Positions 30,668-41,068 of a stretch of DNA of 64,000 nucleotides are shown in pieces. Within the stretch, counting starts at the first letter, position 1. Each line of letters opens with the position of its first letter. Under the pieces are notes generated by a model that was not told the DNA's origin, ran no database searches, and was given only the letters and a program-made list of their open reading frames with translations. Both the position numbers and the translations under genes were made by a program. Source of the DNA: a virus (Duplodnaviria; Caudoviricetes); the IMG/VR virus record IMGVR_UViG_3300028886_000058, positions 60,602-124,601 of that record. The stretch is one strand, 5' to 3'.

Positions 30668-32338
30668 TTAAAACTTTCCAAACGTTCTTGCGATACGTTT
30701 AGATTCCACGTCGTCAAATCCACCTGTAATGCCAACACATACAGGGCCGTGTTTATGTAAACGAATGCTTTCCTTTTCAAGTTCTGAAATGTAATCGTTG
30801 CCCATAGCCAAAGATGAATACCTATCCTTGTGCATAGTTGACTTAGGAACATCGTACAAAACATTTCCGCTTGCGCCTATTTTTCCTACAACGTTACCCA
30901 TCTCTATCTGTAAAGCATCCGCTTCAATAAAATTAGCAAACTCTTCTTTGGACATTCTGTCTTTTTTCTCTTTTATCGCTCTTGAAGAAGAAGGAAGCTC
31001 TATCGTCTGTTTTTCAAGAGCAACCCTTAAATTCGTATAGATTCTTTGGTTTAAAGTATTTACAGCTCTAAACGGGTGTAAAGCTTGTTGAGCATCTGGA
31101 TTAGCCAACGGCTCATCATCAACTACTAATGGAGGATATTCTCTTCCAGACTCTATATCTATCCATGGCTTGTCAAAGAATCTATCGAAACTATCTCCGA
31201 TTCCTCGTGCGTCGTATACTATTTTTTCGGAATTGGGAAATTTGACATGAAAATATTTTCTGACTTCTTCAGCCAGAAAATCTAACGGTTCACCGTTATA
31301 TGAACGTATATGGACGACTTGTTTATTAAACGAGCCGTCTTTTTTTTCAGTAAATTTTTGTATCATAAGAACGCTGTTATCAGAACCTTTTGCTTTTGAC
31401 GTAGCTATGTCTAAAGAAATAATATATCGAGATTTGGAACCTTTAGGTTGTTCCATCTCAATGTTATTTAAAGTTCTGCAGCTTTGAACCAGATCGTAAG
31501 GAAACGCAGAGTCTTCTGCTGCTCCTATGAATTTTGATTCATATTCCATTTGGAAAGTAATGTCCGGTAAGCTTCTGCGTTCTTCTTCGTAATATTCTTC
31601 AGTCGTTAAACCTTCGTTGATAGGGGTATGGTAATCCAAAACACAGGCAAAATATCTTTTATCTCCTCTTGCTCTGCGTTGGATAATCCTTTCAAACTCT
31701 GTAAAAAACTCAAACGACTTAGGACAAGCCGATGTAATATAAACCAGTTTGGAAGGGAAGTCATCGAAGCCATAAGCCCTGCAATTGTATCTTGTCTCAT
31801 TACGAGTAGGAGATACTACAGATTTTAATACTTCCATGTTTACATCACGGGCTTCGTCTACAATAACCAACTTAGCTCTTCGAGAACGAGCGCTTCCAAT
31901 TGCAACAGACTCAATCATGCTTCCGTTTTTCAAAGTACAAGTTGAACTGTCTTTGGAAATAGAAACATAAGTCCTTGCGTTTGTAGGTTTAATTTCGTTG
32001 GCGAAGTTCTCGTTTTCATTGGCTAAGTCTCGTATTTTCTCGGCAACTCTTGTTGCTTGATCAGCTGTAGGAGCTACTACTAAAACTTTAGTTCCTGGAT
32101 ATAAAGAACCTAATGATACAGCAATAAATGCTATTAACCATGTTTTACCGTATCCACGAGGAGCAACTACGGCGGACACCATAGCGTTCCCGACTTCTCT
32201 TGCTATAACATGCTGAACAGGAGTTAATTTAACAGGCGCAAATGCATTTTCAATAAACATATCCATATGCGTCCTGAAATAAATTATCTGTTGCTCAATA
32301 ACATTCCATGAATTTATCTGCCCAGGTCGTGCAATCAA
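30668..32338 (-). CDS. terL: Terminase large subunit
   Basis: Walker A APRGYGKT, Walker B LVIVDEA, coupling motif ITSA, nuclease motifs SLDIA and HKDRYSSL. Confidence 0.92.
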   Translation of the reverse strand: MIARPGQINSWNVIEQQIIYFRTHMDMFIENAFAPVKLTPVQHVIAREVGNAMVSAVVAPRGYGKTWLIAFIAVSLGSLYPGTKVLVVAPTADQATRVAEKIRDLANENENFANEIKPTNARTYVSISKDSSTCTLKNGSMIESVAIGSARSRRAKLVIVDEARDVNMEVLKSVVSPTRNETRYNCRAYGFDDFPSKLVYITSACPKSFEFFTEFERIIQRRARGDKRYFACVLDYHTPINEGLTTEEYYEEERRSLPDITFQMEYESKFIGAAEDSAFPYDLVQSCRTLNNIEMEQPKGSKSRYIISLDIATSKAKGSDNSVLMIQKFTEKKDGSFNKQVVHIRSYNGEPLDFLAEEVRKYFHVKFPNSEKIVYDARGIGDSFDRFFDKPWIDIESGREYPPLVVDDEPLANPDAQQALHPFRAVNTLNQRIYTNLRVALEKQTIELPSSSRAIKEKKDRMSKEEFANFIEADALQIEMGNVVGKIGASGNVLYDVPKSTMHKDRYSSLAMGNDYISELEKESIRLHKHGPVCVGITGGFDDVESKRIARTFGKF

Positions 32339-33252
32339 ATTGCATCACCTTCGTCTTCCCTTAAAGACTCAACAACGTAGTTTAAACTTTCAATAGTCAT
32401 GTCCACTACGTCTTTAGGCCAATCTATAGGTTTAACACACGGATACCCATGTGTTTCACAATACATAGTTGTTTCTGCCCAATTGTTTAATGTGTTTTTA
32501 TCTCCGGGTTTACGCTTACATGCTGCGAAATTACCAGTTTTCATAAGTAAGTCAAGTTGGGCAGTTGCGTCTTTAACGTCCTGTAATGAACACCTTCCAG
32601 CCATATAATCATTCTGAACCTTATCTGCCATTAAAGAAGCCTTGGCTACTTTTTTAGCCGTATCTCTTAAAGCAGTGTCAGAAAGATCAAAGTCCTCCTG
32701 TAAACCATTGTAATAGTTTTCAAGGTATTCAATTTCAAGTTCCTTGAATTCTCCGTTAAAGAACTCGTTGTATGTTTTTATATTTTTGTCTTTTGTTTCT
32801 GTGATCTTACCATTCTCTTTGGCTTCATCGTAAGAATTGGTGTGCGGATCATTTAAATGTTCTTCATATTGATAGTTCTGGGTTAATCTAAAAAGCTCAG
32901 GCATAATTGAACATGCTATATGCTCAAGCAAAATATTCTTCCTGTCTTCATTAGACTTTTGATAAACAGCAGACTTTGACGCTTCGAGCTTTGCTTTTTC
33001 TATAGCATTCTCCCAAACATTTTCTTTCCATTGCCTGTTATTTTCCCAAAAGTATCTTCGCATTTCATCTTTAGTTTGGATCTTGGCTACACAGTTTTTG
33101 CACCATTTATCCTTTTTACCGTTTTCTACCCAGTCTTTGTTTGAAAAGAATTTTGTTAAAGGATAAGTCTGGTTACAGTGTAAACATAAACGTGTCTGAA
33201 CTGGCGGCTTTGACTTTGGCGTTTTAGATAAGATGTAAGGCATCAGTCTCAC
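32335..33252 (-). CDS. Putative terminase small subunit (N-terminal Zn finger)
   Basis: Overlaps terL; CLHC...CKNC motifs. Confidence 0.55.
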   Translation of the reverse strand: MRLMPYILSKTPKSKPPVQTRLCLHCNQTYPLTKFFSNKDWVENGKKDKWCKNCVAKIQTKDEMRRYFWENNRQWKENVWENAIEKAKLEASKSAVYQKSNEDRKNILLEHIACSIMPELFRLTQNYQYEEHLNDPHTNSYDEAKENGKITETKDKNIKTYNEFFNGEFKELEIEYLENYYNGLQEDFDLSDTALRDTAKKVAKASLMADKVQNDYMAGRCSLQDVKDATAQLDLLMKTGNFAACKRKPGDKNTLNNWAETTMYCETHGYPCVKPIDWPKDVVDMTIESLNYVVESLREDEGDAI

Positions 33253-33596
33253 TCCGTATCATCATTAAAAACTTTAAGTACGTCGTCTTCTCCAATTAAC
33301 TTTCTCTCGGCTGGAGTTAAGTCTTCAGATTTTAAGCTAATGTAACCGTCTTCTAAAGACTTCACAGCATCTTCAACATCTCTGAAGAACTGCTGGTTAC
33401 GAACCTGATTATAAAACTCGGCTAAAGCCAAAAACAGTTCAGGTGTTTTAGTGTACTTATATTTAACTATTGGATATTCATTATTTTTCTTTGCGTAGGT
33501 ATACCTGATACCTTTGTCTTTAAGAAATTCAACTTCACGTTTCCATTGCGTGGAATATTCCTTATCGAACACGTTTTTTGGAATCTTGTCGTACAT
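33249..33596 (-). CDS. Hypothetical protein, first gene of the late operon
   Basis: ATG at 33596 (MYDKIP) after GGAG. Confidence 0.65.
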   Translation of the reverse strand: MYDKIPKNVFDKEYSTQWKREVEFLKDKGIRYTYAKKNNEYPIVKYKYTKTPELFLALAEFYNQVRNQQFFRDVEDAVKSLEDGYISLKSEDLTPAERKLIGEDDVLKVFNDDTE

Positions 33597-33663
33597 AATA
33601 ATCACTCCATTAATCTTATTTTGTTCACTTATGCGTAAAAGGACGAGATGCGCTAGCATCTCT

Positions 33664-33686
33664 CCCTTATAACGGTTTTCGAAAGA
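33664..33686 (-). promoter_or_regulatory. Candidate class B promoter heading the structural operon
   Basis: CTTTCGAAAACCGTTATAAGGG shares the TTCGAAAA-N4-TATAA(A/G)GG core with three other intergenic copies. Confidence 0.55.
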
Positions 33687-34181
33687 CACGCTAAAAAAAG
33701 ATAAAAAAAGATACATTTTTCCCCAATGTGTTTTTTGTTTTGTTGTTGTTTTTTTATTTGTTGTGGGACGAAGTTTTTATTTGGCGTAATCTTTTTTGGA
33801 TATATAAATGCAAAAGTATTACGCCAAAAAGGGAACATTCATATTAACACATGGGAATGTTCCTTTTTTTGTTTTGAATGAGCTTTGAATTAGTTTTGAA
33901 TTGGTTTTGAAAAATGAGTTGGAAGGGAACATATGTGAAACTTTGAGCGAAGCGAAAAGTTTCACAGCGTAAATTAACGCGGAGCGAGCGAAGCGAGCGG
34001 AGCGTCACGCTGCAACGGAGATGTTTGGAACAAGCACACACGTTGCTTCGGACATCTACGGAACAAGAATGGCTGCTGGATGCACCCGTGCCAGCGAGCA
34101 CACTGCCAATGCGGGTTGTTTGGCAAACCGAGTAGCGCACGATACGCGCACAACATGGAGAAACGAATGGAGGAAAGCAAA

Positions 34182-34412
34182 ATGATGTACACGGTTAACT
34201 ACGTATACTCCGAAATCGGAAGAATTTCTATTGTGAACCACATTGGTTCTGCAGTTGAGATCGCAGAACGTACTGTAATTAAGTTTGCATGTCTGGAAGA
34301 TGCGCTTGCCATAGCACGAATGATGAAAACAAAAGGATATAACGTCTTCGTCGGTGACACTAATGACTCTGAGGCGAGATATCTCATTCCTCGTGAGTCT
34401 ATGGAATTCTAA
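34182..34412 (+). CDS. Hypothetical early protein
   Basis: ATG at 34182 after GGAGG. Confidence 0.6.
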   Translation: MMYTVNYVYSEIGRISIVNHIGSAVEIAERTVIKFACLEDALAIARMMKTKGYNVFVGDTNDSEARYLIPRESMEF

Positions 34413-34413
34413 A

Positions 34414-34471
34414 CCCGTCTGATGATGGCTGGTTGGTCACCAGCCGAAACATGCGTTGGAATGTCACTGGA
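34414..34471 (+). ncRNA. Candidate hammerhead ribozyme (type I, variant core)
   Basis: CTGATGA-T-GGCTGG(loop)CCAGCC-GAAA-CAT...ATG-TC. Stem I is short and bulged (CCGT/AC-T-GG). Confidence 0.5.
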
Positions 34472-34548
34472 AACCGTCATGTCTCAAAAACATGAATAAA
34501 AAATGGACACGGGTACCAGCCGTGTCCAAGGAAAGGGGTATTACTACT

Positions 34549-34971
34549 ATGTCTACCACCAACAATGTTACCAACAATGGTAACAAAAATCAAGTAGTTC
34601 TATCTTGGGACTACATGGATAAAGAAAACTTTGTCCATAAAAACAGCATGTGTTGTTCTTATGAAGCAGCTCTTGCGTTTTGTGAGCAACTCAAGAGCTC
34701 ACCAGATGTAACTAACGTCTTCATCACAAACGGTGAAGAAAAGTTCGTTACCGTCGTGTGCGTGTTTAGCAACAGCACTAAACAGTACACGTATCTTTGC
34801 AAAAAGCCCGTTAAAGCTGGTTCTTCAGTCCTAGTTGATACAACTTATGGGCTGAAGATTGTCAAGGCTATCAGGAGCGAGATCAAAACTCGTTCCGAAC
34901 TTACAAAGGTAATGCCTATGTGTAATTATCGTTACATCGTAGGCACAGTCTACCTTGATAAGGAGGTGTAA
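34549..34971 (+). CDS. Hypothetical protein
   Basis: ATG at 34549; KQYTYL...GSSVLVDT motif. Confidence 0.6.
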   Translation: MSTTNNVTNNGNKNQVVLSWDYMDKENFVHKNSMCCSYEAALAFCEQLKSSPDVTNVFITNGEEKFVTVVCVFSNSTKQYTYLCKKPVKAGSSVLVDTTYGLKIVKAIRSEIKTRSELTKVMPMCNYRYIVGTVYLDKEV

Positions 34972-35190
34972 CAATGATCTATTGGATCGTTGCCATAATC
35001 CTTATTGTTGTTCTTGTTCCTGATGTGGTCAAGTACTACAAGGAATACTACAAATAAATGTAAATATTGAGAGTAGGAGATCCACTTGGGTCTCCCTCTT
35101 TCAGTACTTACTGACGTTTAGTTGCAGATTAACGTAACTGTAACAGTTCAACTCGGCTAAAGAGAATTAAATTATTTTGGAGGTTGCACT

Positions 35191-35547
35191 ATGTTTAATT
35201 CTATCAAACCTTTAACTTATCTCGAAGCTCGTTCAAACCTTTCCATCTACGAAAAGAATATGGCTTTATCTGGATTACTGTCGAGTTTGTCTAAAAACCG
35301 CTTAACTAATGAAGAAAACTTTGATGGCATTGGTATCACGCTTGCAGATACAGAAGACTATGTATATGCAGTAATTCCCTGCGTTGGAGCAAAATTCATT
35401 TGGAAAGTTTCTCGTTCTTTTGCAATATCAAACAACTATACTTATTGGGAAATAAACAAAGCTGATAAATATTTAAAGCCAACTAAAAAGGATATTCACA
35501 TTGCGCAGAAAAAATTCAAGAAATATCTTGATATCATTTACAAATAA
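35191..35547 (+). CDS. Hypothetical protein
   Basis: GGAGG SD and a 118-aa ORF. Confidence 0.6.
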   Translation: MFNSIKPLTYLEARSNLSIYEKNMALSGLLSSLSKNRLTNEENFDGIGITLADTEDYVYAVIPCVGAKFIWKVSRSFAISNNYTYWEINKADKYLKPTKKDIHIAQKKFKKYLDIIYK

Positions 35548-35626
35548 ACCTTAACACACAAGGCCTCCGCTGGAGACCTTGTAGTTAGGGCTTATGCTCT
35601 AAAATATTATTTAGGAGGTGCTTCTC

Positions 35627-35908
35627 ATGAAGAAGCTGGTTGCTATCATTATTATTCTTGTGTCTCTTGGATCTACTGCTCAAGCTGTAGAAATTTATCC
35701 TCGTTGCGGCATCATCGTCGATTTCGATTACGACACAGACATTGTTGTCGTAGAAGATTCAGTGGGCTTTATATGGGAATTCTATGGAATAGAAGATTAT
35801 TGCATAGGAGATCTTGTTATCATGACTCTTTGCAACGTTGGAGAACCTGAATACATCATAGACGATGAGATAATAGAAGTCGTCTATGGTGGGTATAACT
35901 TTAATTAA
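35627..35908 (+). CDS. Hypothetical secreted/membrane protein
   Basis: Signal-peptide-like MKKLVAIIIILVSLGSTAQA; AGGAGG SD. Confidence 0.6.
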   Translation: MKKLVAIIIILVSLGSTAQAVEIYPRCGIIVDFDYDTDIVVVEDSVGFIWEFYGIEDYCIGDLVIMTLCNVGEPEYIIDDEIIEVVYGGYNFN

Positions 35909-35928
35909 TCTATTACTGGAGGTATCTT

Positions 35929-36234
35929 ATGTATACTCATTTTGCATCGTTAACATACATTGATCCTTCTGATAATGGCATACACACTGTAGAAACAAAA
36001 CGAGCATGCTGCAAAGAACTTGCTTGTATGTGGCTTGCCGATGTTGCTAAGCAATTTATTGATAAATCGATTATCGAAATGTCGGTTGACAAAAATGTTT
36101 TCTGGAAAGCACCAGAAGAAGATATACCAAGAATCAGAAAACTTCTTAGAGATAATTATATTAAAGTCGGATGCAATATGCATAAACTGAAAGCTTTATA
36201 TGATTATTATGAAGCAGATTTCAACAAACATTAA
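35929..36234 (+). CDS. Hypothetical protein
   Basis: GGAGG SD; followed by a terminator-like hairpin (AAGCCGT/ACGGCTT-TTT). Confidence 0.6.
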   Translation: MYTHFASLTYIDPSDNGIHTVETKRACCKELACMWLADVAKQFIDKSIIEMSVDKNVFWKAPEEDIPRIRKLLRDNYIKVGCNMHKLKALYDYYEADFNKH

Positions 36235-36333
36235 GTAAGATTCAGTGTAGAAGCCGTAGCAATACGGCTTTTTAATTGAGTCTTATTGGACTCAATAATT
36301 TTATGGGTTGCGGCCTACCGCAGGAGGTGTCTT

Positions 36334-36897
36334 ATGTCTTTTTCTCTCTTTAATCGTATCCGTATTTTAAACGATCAAGAATTCAAGGTCGTTGGATGCG
36401 ATGGTCTAAAATTCTGTGTTGGCAATTACTCATCGGATCACAGGTACCATGGAGTTGACGTTGAGTTAAGCGATGGGAAAAGGTATAACAATTATCTCTG
36501 CAGCCTTAGCACAAAAGCTTTTGTTGACAAGTTTAGCATTCATCCAGATGATCAAGAGTGGCTCAGAAAGAAAATAGTTAACCGAAACAAAATGGAAGAT
36601 GATCGTACTGAAATAGATAATGTTGAATTTTCTATTTTTCACAATGACCGTGAATATAGTATCGTTATTTGGTATGATGGACAAGTGTTTAAGACTGAGT
36701 TTTACCCCGTTCTTGATGTTGTTTTATCTTGGGCGGCTGGGAAGATTATGGATTCAAATATGTATTATGGTGATAAATTTATTGCGTTTAATGCGTTAAA
36801 GAAACTTGCAAAAGAACGCGGGTGCGATTCAAATTTCGAAAGAGAAGAAACAATGCTTGAAGAAATAGCGAAGGAGTATTATGAGGGTTGTATGTAA
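36334..36897 (+). CDS. Hypothetical protein
   Basis: ATG at 36334 after AGGAGG. Confidence 0.6.
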   Translation: MSFSLFNRIRILNDQEFKVVGCDGLKFCVGNYSSDHRYHGVDVELSDGKRYNNYLCSLSTKAFVDKFSIHPDDQEWLRKKIVNRNKMEDDRTEIDNVEFSIFHNDREYSIVIWYDGQVFKTEFYPVLDVVLSWAAGKIMDSNMYYGDKFIAFNALKKLAKERGCDSNFEREETMLEEIAKEYYEGCM

Positions 36898-37099
36898 AAG
36901 AAACTTTAATTAAATAAAACAACAGCCAGTCCTGAGCATGACGTTAAACTGCTCATTAACTTTGAAATTTCGAGCTTTATGCTCTTGATATAAATTGCGA
37001 AGCTGCTGTCGCGTAGAGTTCAGCAGTCGGTTAAAGCTCCGTTAAAAGCTCTTTTTGTTTACCAAAAAAGATGAGGCAAAGCCTCGAAAGGAGAACACT

Positions 37100-39493
37100 A
37101 TGAATACTATTTATAAGCTTAACCTGGCAGAAAACAAGATGGAGGAGATCACCATGTTTGACTCCCCTCTGACCCGCAAACTCAAGAAGATGGGCGTCGA
37201 TCCCAAAGACGCCATAATAAAAGTTTGCGCTGAATGCGCAAAAGAGGAAAACGCAGAAGCCATGATCCGTAACACTCTTACGGACATGTTGGCATCTCAA
37301 TTTATGGTGAACGGAAGCAACTACAAGCCGTTTATGGCTGGTGCTTCCGATGCTCGCAAAGCAACTTCTTCATGGGTGATGGAAGATATTCTTGCCGATC
37401 TCGGAAGATGGGCGATGTGCGGTCTTCGCACAAAGTATATGAAGTTAGCCATAAACAAATATATGGCATATATTGGACTGTTGTCTTCGGCCTCGAAGCC
37501 CTGGTCCGAGGTATTCGGCACGAAGATTGATGTTCGCCGTGTTGCGTTCATCAAAGATGCCGAAGTAGAAGTTACGTCCAATGTCGATCTCCAGACAATG
37601 ACCGACACAACACAAAATGTTAAACGCACCATCAAGATTAACGCGTTTGACGGCTGTGGTATTCACAGAGGTGAACTTTCCAACTGGGAAGCTTGCACAG
37701 GCAGAGATGCCTGGTGGAAGTTCCTGTCCATTCCTGTTGACTTCAATAAGCTCAACGGGAAAACGTTCGTTGACTTCTGGGGAAATACTGTGCGTATTGA
37801 AGATGTGGACATGATCCTTACTGAGTCCTGCTTCAAAACGATCAAACTCTACGAGAGCTACGAGCAGTATTGCGCGGCTCACGAAGAACTGGATCACGAA
37901 GTCTGCGTGTGTGTAAAAGAACACGCTCCGCATCTGAAGGGTATGCCCTATCAACAGGGGCAGACCCTCATGGGAACCGAAGACGACGCGACCGCTTTCA
38001 TGCAGCACGCAAAGAAAACGGTTTATAAGTACAGCGATCCTAAGGAAGCAGCATCTCTGCTGTACGGCTCTCATCGTCAAGCAGCGAAGATGTATCCGGC
38101 GATGTTGAACGAAGGATACACCAAGCGCACTATTCAGGAGAAATATACCACTAAGCGAAACGATATGCTCGGTGGACGTATTCCTGAATTGGGATACAAC
38201 GCATTCTTAGCGCCTGACCTTGTAGCATTTGAAGAGCATCTCTTTGGACGTCCGATCAAGGGCTTCCTCAAAGCAGGTGAATGCTTCTGCGCTGCAGCAA
38301 AGCCTGGTCGTGTTGATATCACTAGGAATCCCCATCTTGACAACGCACACGTTGTGCTGAACAACGTGAAGTTCATGCCTCTGGCTAAAGGTCCTACGAT
38401 GTATATAAACATCTGGGACATGACAACTATTCAGCTTCGTGCTGATTATGACGGAGACCATGTGTGGTATTCTCAGGATTCACACCTGTTGGATCTTGTA
38501 AACCGGACTTACGAAGCTCTTAAGAATATCCCTGTTGACTGGGATGTTGATAAGGCTCCAAAGTCTGACATCAACACCGTAACCATCGCTGCGTTTATCA
38601 CTAATCTGATCCATGGCTCAGAGATCGGTCTGTATGCCGACGCTCTTACGAAGATGTGGAACACAAAGTATAACCGTGATGTTTGCGATTGGCTGACTTA
38701 TGCAGCCAACGTGTTGATCGATGCGGCAAAACATGCAGCCGTCAAGATCAAGAAGCCTGATGCCGTAAAAGCTCTTAACATGATGTCTCTGCCGCTCTTC
38801 GCGATGTATGCGAAAGCTGACGCCGACCGCCCTGTTAATAGCGATTATTGGCTCAAGGAGCGCACCACCAAGTCTGGCATGACTCTGCCTCCGCGGTGCA
38901 AGTACTCCGGATCTTTCCTGGATATGTATTCCAAGAAGATCAAGGAAAACATTCCTGAAGTTATCGAAGTGAAGGGAATTGAAGAGGACATCTTCAATCC
39001 TTGCACGATGATGATTGATCCGCATCGAAAGATCGGAAACTTTACTGGTTTGTCCAAGAAAGGCATCTACGACCCTGAAACAAACACATTCAAAGAATGT
39101 GGAAAATTCCAGGAGATCGCATTCCGTCACAGTACGGAATGGAACAAGTTGGTCGGAGACGCGTCCTTCTTCCGCAATCGTCGTGAGTGGGAAGAAGAAA
39201 CTGGTCGTGCTGCTCGTAAAGAGCTCCTCGACTGGGGTTACGCTCAGTATCCTGAAGTCCAGCGCTCTGAAGAGATGGATAAGCGTATCGATGACGCTCT
39301 GTTCGACATCGTTACTCGTAACATCTTTAATACGAGAATGTCCGACGGAATGGACACCGTTATTAAGCAGGCCTATTGGAGAATCTATGGTGATAAGGCC
39401 GTGGATACTCTGAAGACCAATCTGAACGCTTCTATCCCGGACTTTGAAGGCGAAGACTGGGATGAACTGTTCGACACTGACGACATGGATTAA
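37100..39493 (+). CDS. YonO-like single-subunit double-psi-beta-barrel RNA polymerase
   Basis: Motifs FDGCG, RNPHL, catalytic ADYDGD (38441-38458) and LIDAAKH. About 800 aa, like SPbeta YonO. ATG at 37100 after AAGGAG. Confidence 0.85.
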   Translation: MNTIYKLNLAENKMEEITMFDSPLTRKLKKMGVDPKDAIIKVCAECAKEENAEAMIRNTLTDMLASQFMVNGSNYKPFMAGASDARKATSSWVMEDILADLGRWAMCGLRTKYMKLAINKYMAYIGLLSSASKPWSEVFGTKIDVRRVAFIKDAEVEVTSNVDLQTMTDTTQNVKRTIKINAFDGCGIHRGELSNWEACTGRDAWWKFLSIPVDFNKLNGKTFVDFWGNTVRIEDVDMILTESCFKTIKLYESYEQYCAAHEELDHEVCVCVKEHAPHLKGMPYQQGQTLMGTEDDATAFMQHAKKTVYKYSDPKEAASLLYGSHRQAAKMYPAMLNEGYTKRTIQEKYTTKRNDMLGGRIPELGYNAFLAPDLVAFEEHLFGRPIKGFLKAGECFCAAAKPGRVDITRNPHLDNAHVVLNNVKFMPLAKGPTMYINIWDMTTIQLRADYDGDHVWYSQDSHLLDLVNRTYEALKNIPVDWDVDKAPKSDINTVTIAAFITNLIHGSEIGLYADALTKMWNTKYNRDVCDWLTYAANVLIDAAKHAAVKIKKPDAVKALNMMSLPLFAMYAKADADRPVNSDYWLKERTTKSGMTLPPRCKYSGSFLDMYSKKIKENIPEVIEVKGIEEDIFNPCTMMIDPHRKIGNFTGLSKKGIYDPETNTFKECGKFQEIAFRHSTEWNKLVGDASFFRNRREWEEETGRAARKELLDWGYAQYPEVQRSEEMDKRIDDALFDIVTRNIFNTRMSDGMDTVIKQAYWRIYGDKAVDTLKTNLNASIPDFEGEDWDELFDTDDMD

Positions 39494-39542
39494 TGTCGTT
39501 AAAGCTGCGCTATCGGCTATACGGGCAGAAAGGAGTTACAAC

Positions 39543-39728
39543 ATGTTAAAAACTAAAGTACAAGTAAATAACACTGCTATTGGTTATTACTACGGCGAGT
39601 TTCGAATTTTCGATAACGGTCATGTTCTGCTTGGTTATATACATACAAAAGATTACAACACTGAAACCGAAGCGTTGGAAGCCGCAAAAGATATTGCGAA
39701 AAACGTTTACGACTATCTTCCAGAATAA
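39543..39728 (+). CDS. Hypothetical protein
   Basis: AAGGAG SD, ATG at 39543. Confidence 0.55.
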   Translation: MLKTKVQVNNTAIGYYYGEFRIFDNGHVLLGYIHTKDYNTETEALEAAKDIAKNVYDYLPE

Positions 39729-39879
39729 TACTAAAGATTCATACACGGGAGCTCCGCTGGGGCTCTCGTAATGAGTCCTTAGTGACTCTAAACGTCCAAT
39801 ACAGGGCGATATACATTTCAGGGCGGGGGAATTTTTTCGGCTTCGCAACGCTACGCAGAAGTCAAGATACGGGAACGTC

Positions 39880-39908
39880 ACGGCGCAAGCGCCTGTAGAT
39901 GCTGTGAA
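39880..39908 (+). promoter_or_regulatory. Class A intergenic motif, copy 1 (ACGGCGCAAGCGCCTG-N5-KCYGTGAA)
   Basis: Identical 16-nt core in three intergenic regions upstream of genes. Confidence 0.65.
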
Positions 39909-39949
39909 GATTACGGTCTTCAGAAATTTAATATTGGAGGTATCCCATC

Positions 39950-40171
39950 ATGACTATGCGTAGAGAAACAAAGGCTCAGGAAATTGAACTCATCAAGAAT
40001 GAACTCGAAACCAAGAAGATGTTCCTTGAAAAGATCGTCCGCAAATTCGAGGTAACAGGCTACCTCACCAAAGAGGAACGTGAAACAGCTGGTGCCTATG
40101 CCAACTGGATAGAAAAACATGCGAAAATTGTCAAAGACTTCTACAAACCTGCGATGGTGATCGCTGACTAA
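39950..40171 (+). CDS. Hypothetical protein
   Basis: GGAGG SD and a 73-aa ORF. Confidence 0.6.
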   Translation: MTMRRETKAQEIELIKNELETKKMFLEKIVRKFEVTGYLTKEERETAGAYANWIEKHAKIVKDFYKPAMVIAD

Positions 40172-40561
40172 CCTGTATGCGTTGTACTGCACTCGGGCTA
40201 CTGCTATGCGCTGGCGGTGAGTGCAGAATTGTGCACACAGGGACGCTTGAGATGTGGACTGGCTAAGAAGCATCTCCAGACATGTCCTACAAGAAAAACT
40301 GTGTTCAGGATTGTTGCCAGCATGAATGGACACAGCTTGATTGGGTCGCTGGGGTTTAGGGGACCCCGGCGATTTCCATCGACATTTTCCACACTTTTGT
40401 GTTCATGGGACTCCTCCTTTCAACGGGGCTGGCGTGGGAAACCAGCCCTAACGTTTATTCGGGCTTCAGTGAGCTGCGCCTTTAAGCAGCTCATATTTTT
40501 TGTGGCGGGCGATGTTTTTGGCCTCCCGGCTTGGTCGCGCTCCCCTCACTATACGGAGCCG

Positions 40562-40590
40562 ACGGCGCAAGCGCCTGCTAATGCTGTGAA
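40562..40590 (+). promoter_or_regulatory. Class A motif, copy 2 (upstream of RNase H)
   Basis: ACGGCGCAAGCGCCTGCTAATGCTGTGAA. Confidence 0.65.
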
Positions 40591-40620
40591 AAATACGCTT
40601 AATAGCGAAAGGAGAAAAAT

Positions 40621-41055
40621 ATGTTCGACGTAACCATCTACACGGATGGCGCGTGTTCCGGCAACCCCGGCGTGGGTGGCTACGGCGCTATCCTCAACTT
40701 CAACGGCTACAAAAAAGTAGTCTGTGGTTGCTGCCCTGATGTAACAACTAACAATCGTATGGAGCTTACGGCTGTAATTGAAGCTATCAAAGCTCTAAAG
40801 AAACCCAGTAACGTAACTGTCTACACTGACTCGCAGTATATCTGCGACGGCAGTCTTAAAGACAAGGACTGGTTCAAGACTGCTGAACGTAAGAACAAAG
40901 ACTTATGGATTGAACTCATCACTGTCAGCTGGAAAGGTGAACACAAGATCAAGTTTGTCAAAGTCGCTGGTCATGCTGGCGACAAGATGAACGAAGAGTG
41001 TGATCGCATTGCCAAAGAGCAGTGCATCAAAGCAAAGCATCAGTTGATTAAATAA
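40621..41055 (+). CDS. rnhA: Ribonuclease HI
   Basis: YTDGACSGNPG, TNNRMEL, TDSQY, GHAG and NEECD motifs. Confidence 0.95.
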   Translation: MFDVTIYTDGACSGNPGVGGYGAILNFNGYKKVVCGCCPDVTTNNRMELTAVIEAIKALKKPSNVTVYTDSQYICDGSLKDKDWFKTAERKNKDLWIELITVSWKGEHKIKFVKVAGHAGDKMNEECDRIAKEQCIKAKHQLIK

Positions 41056-41068
41056 GGAGGTTTTTCTA

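Noticed and set aside
37100-39493. RNA-dependent RNA polymerase or reverse transcriptase
   Set aside because: The DxDGD two-barrel motifs in a DNA phage fit YonO-type DNA-dependent RNAP. No YxDD RT motifs were seen, and no DGR or retron elements were found in the window.
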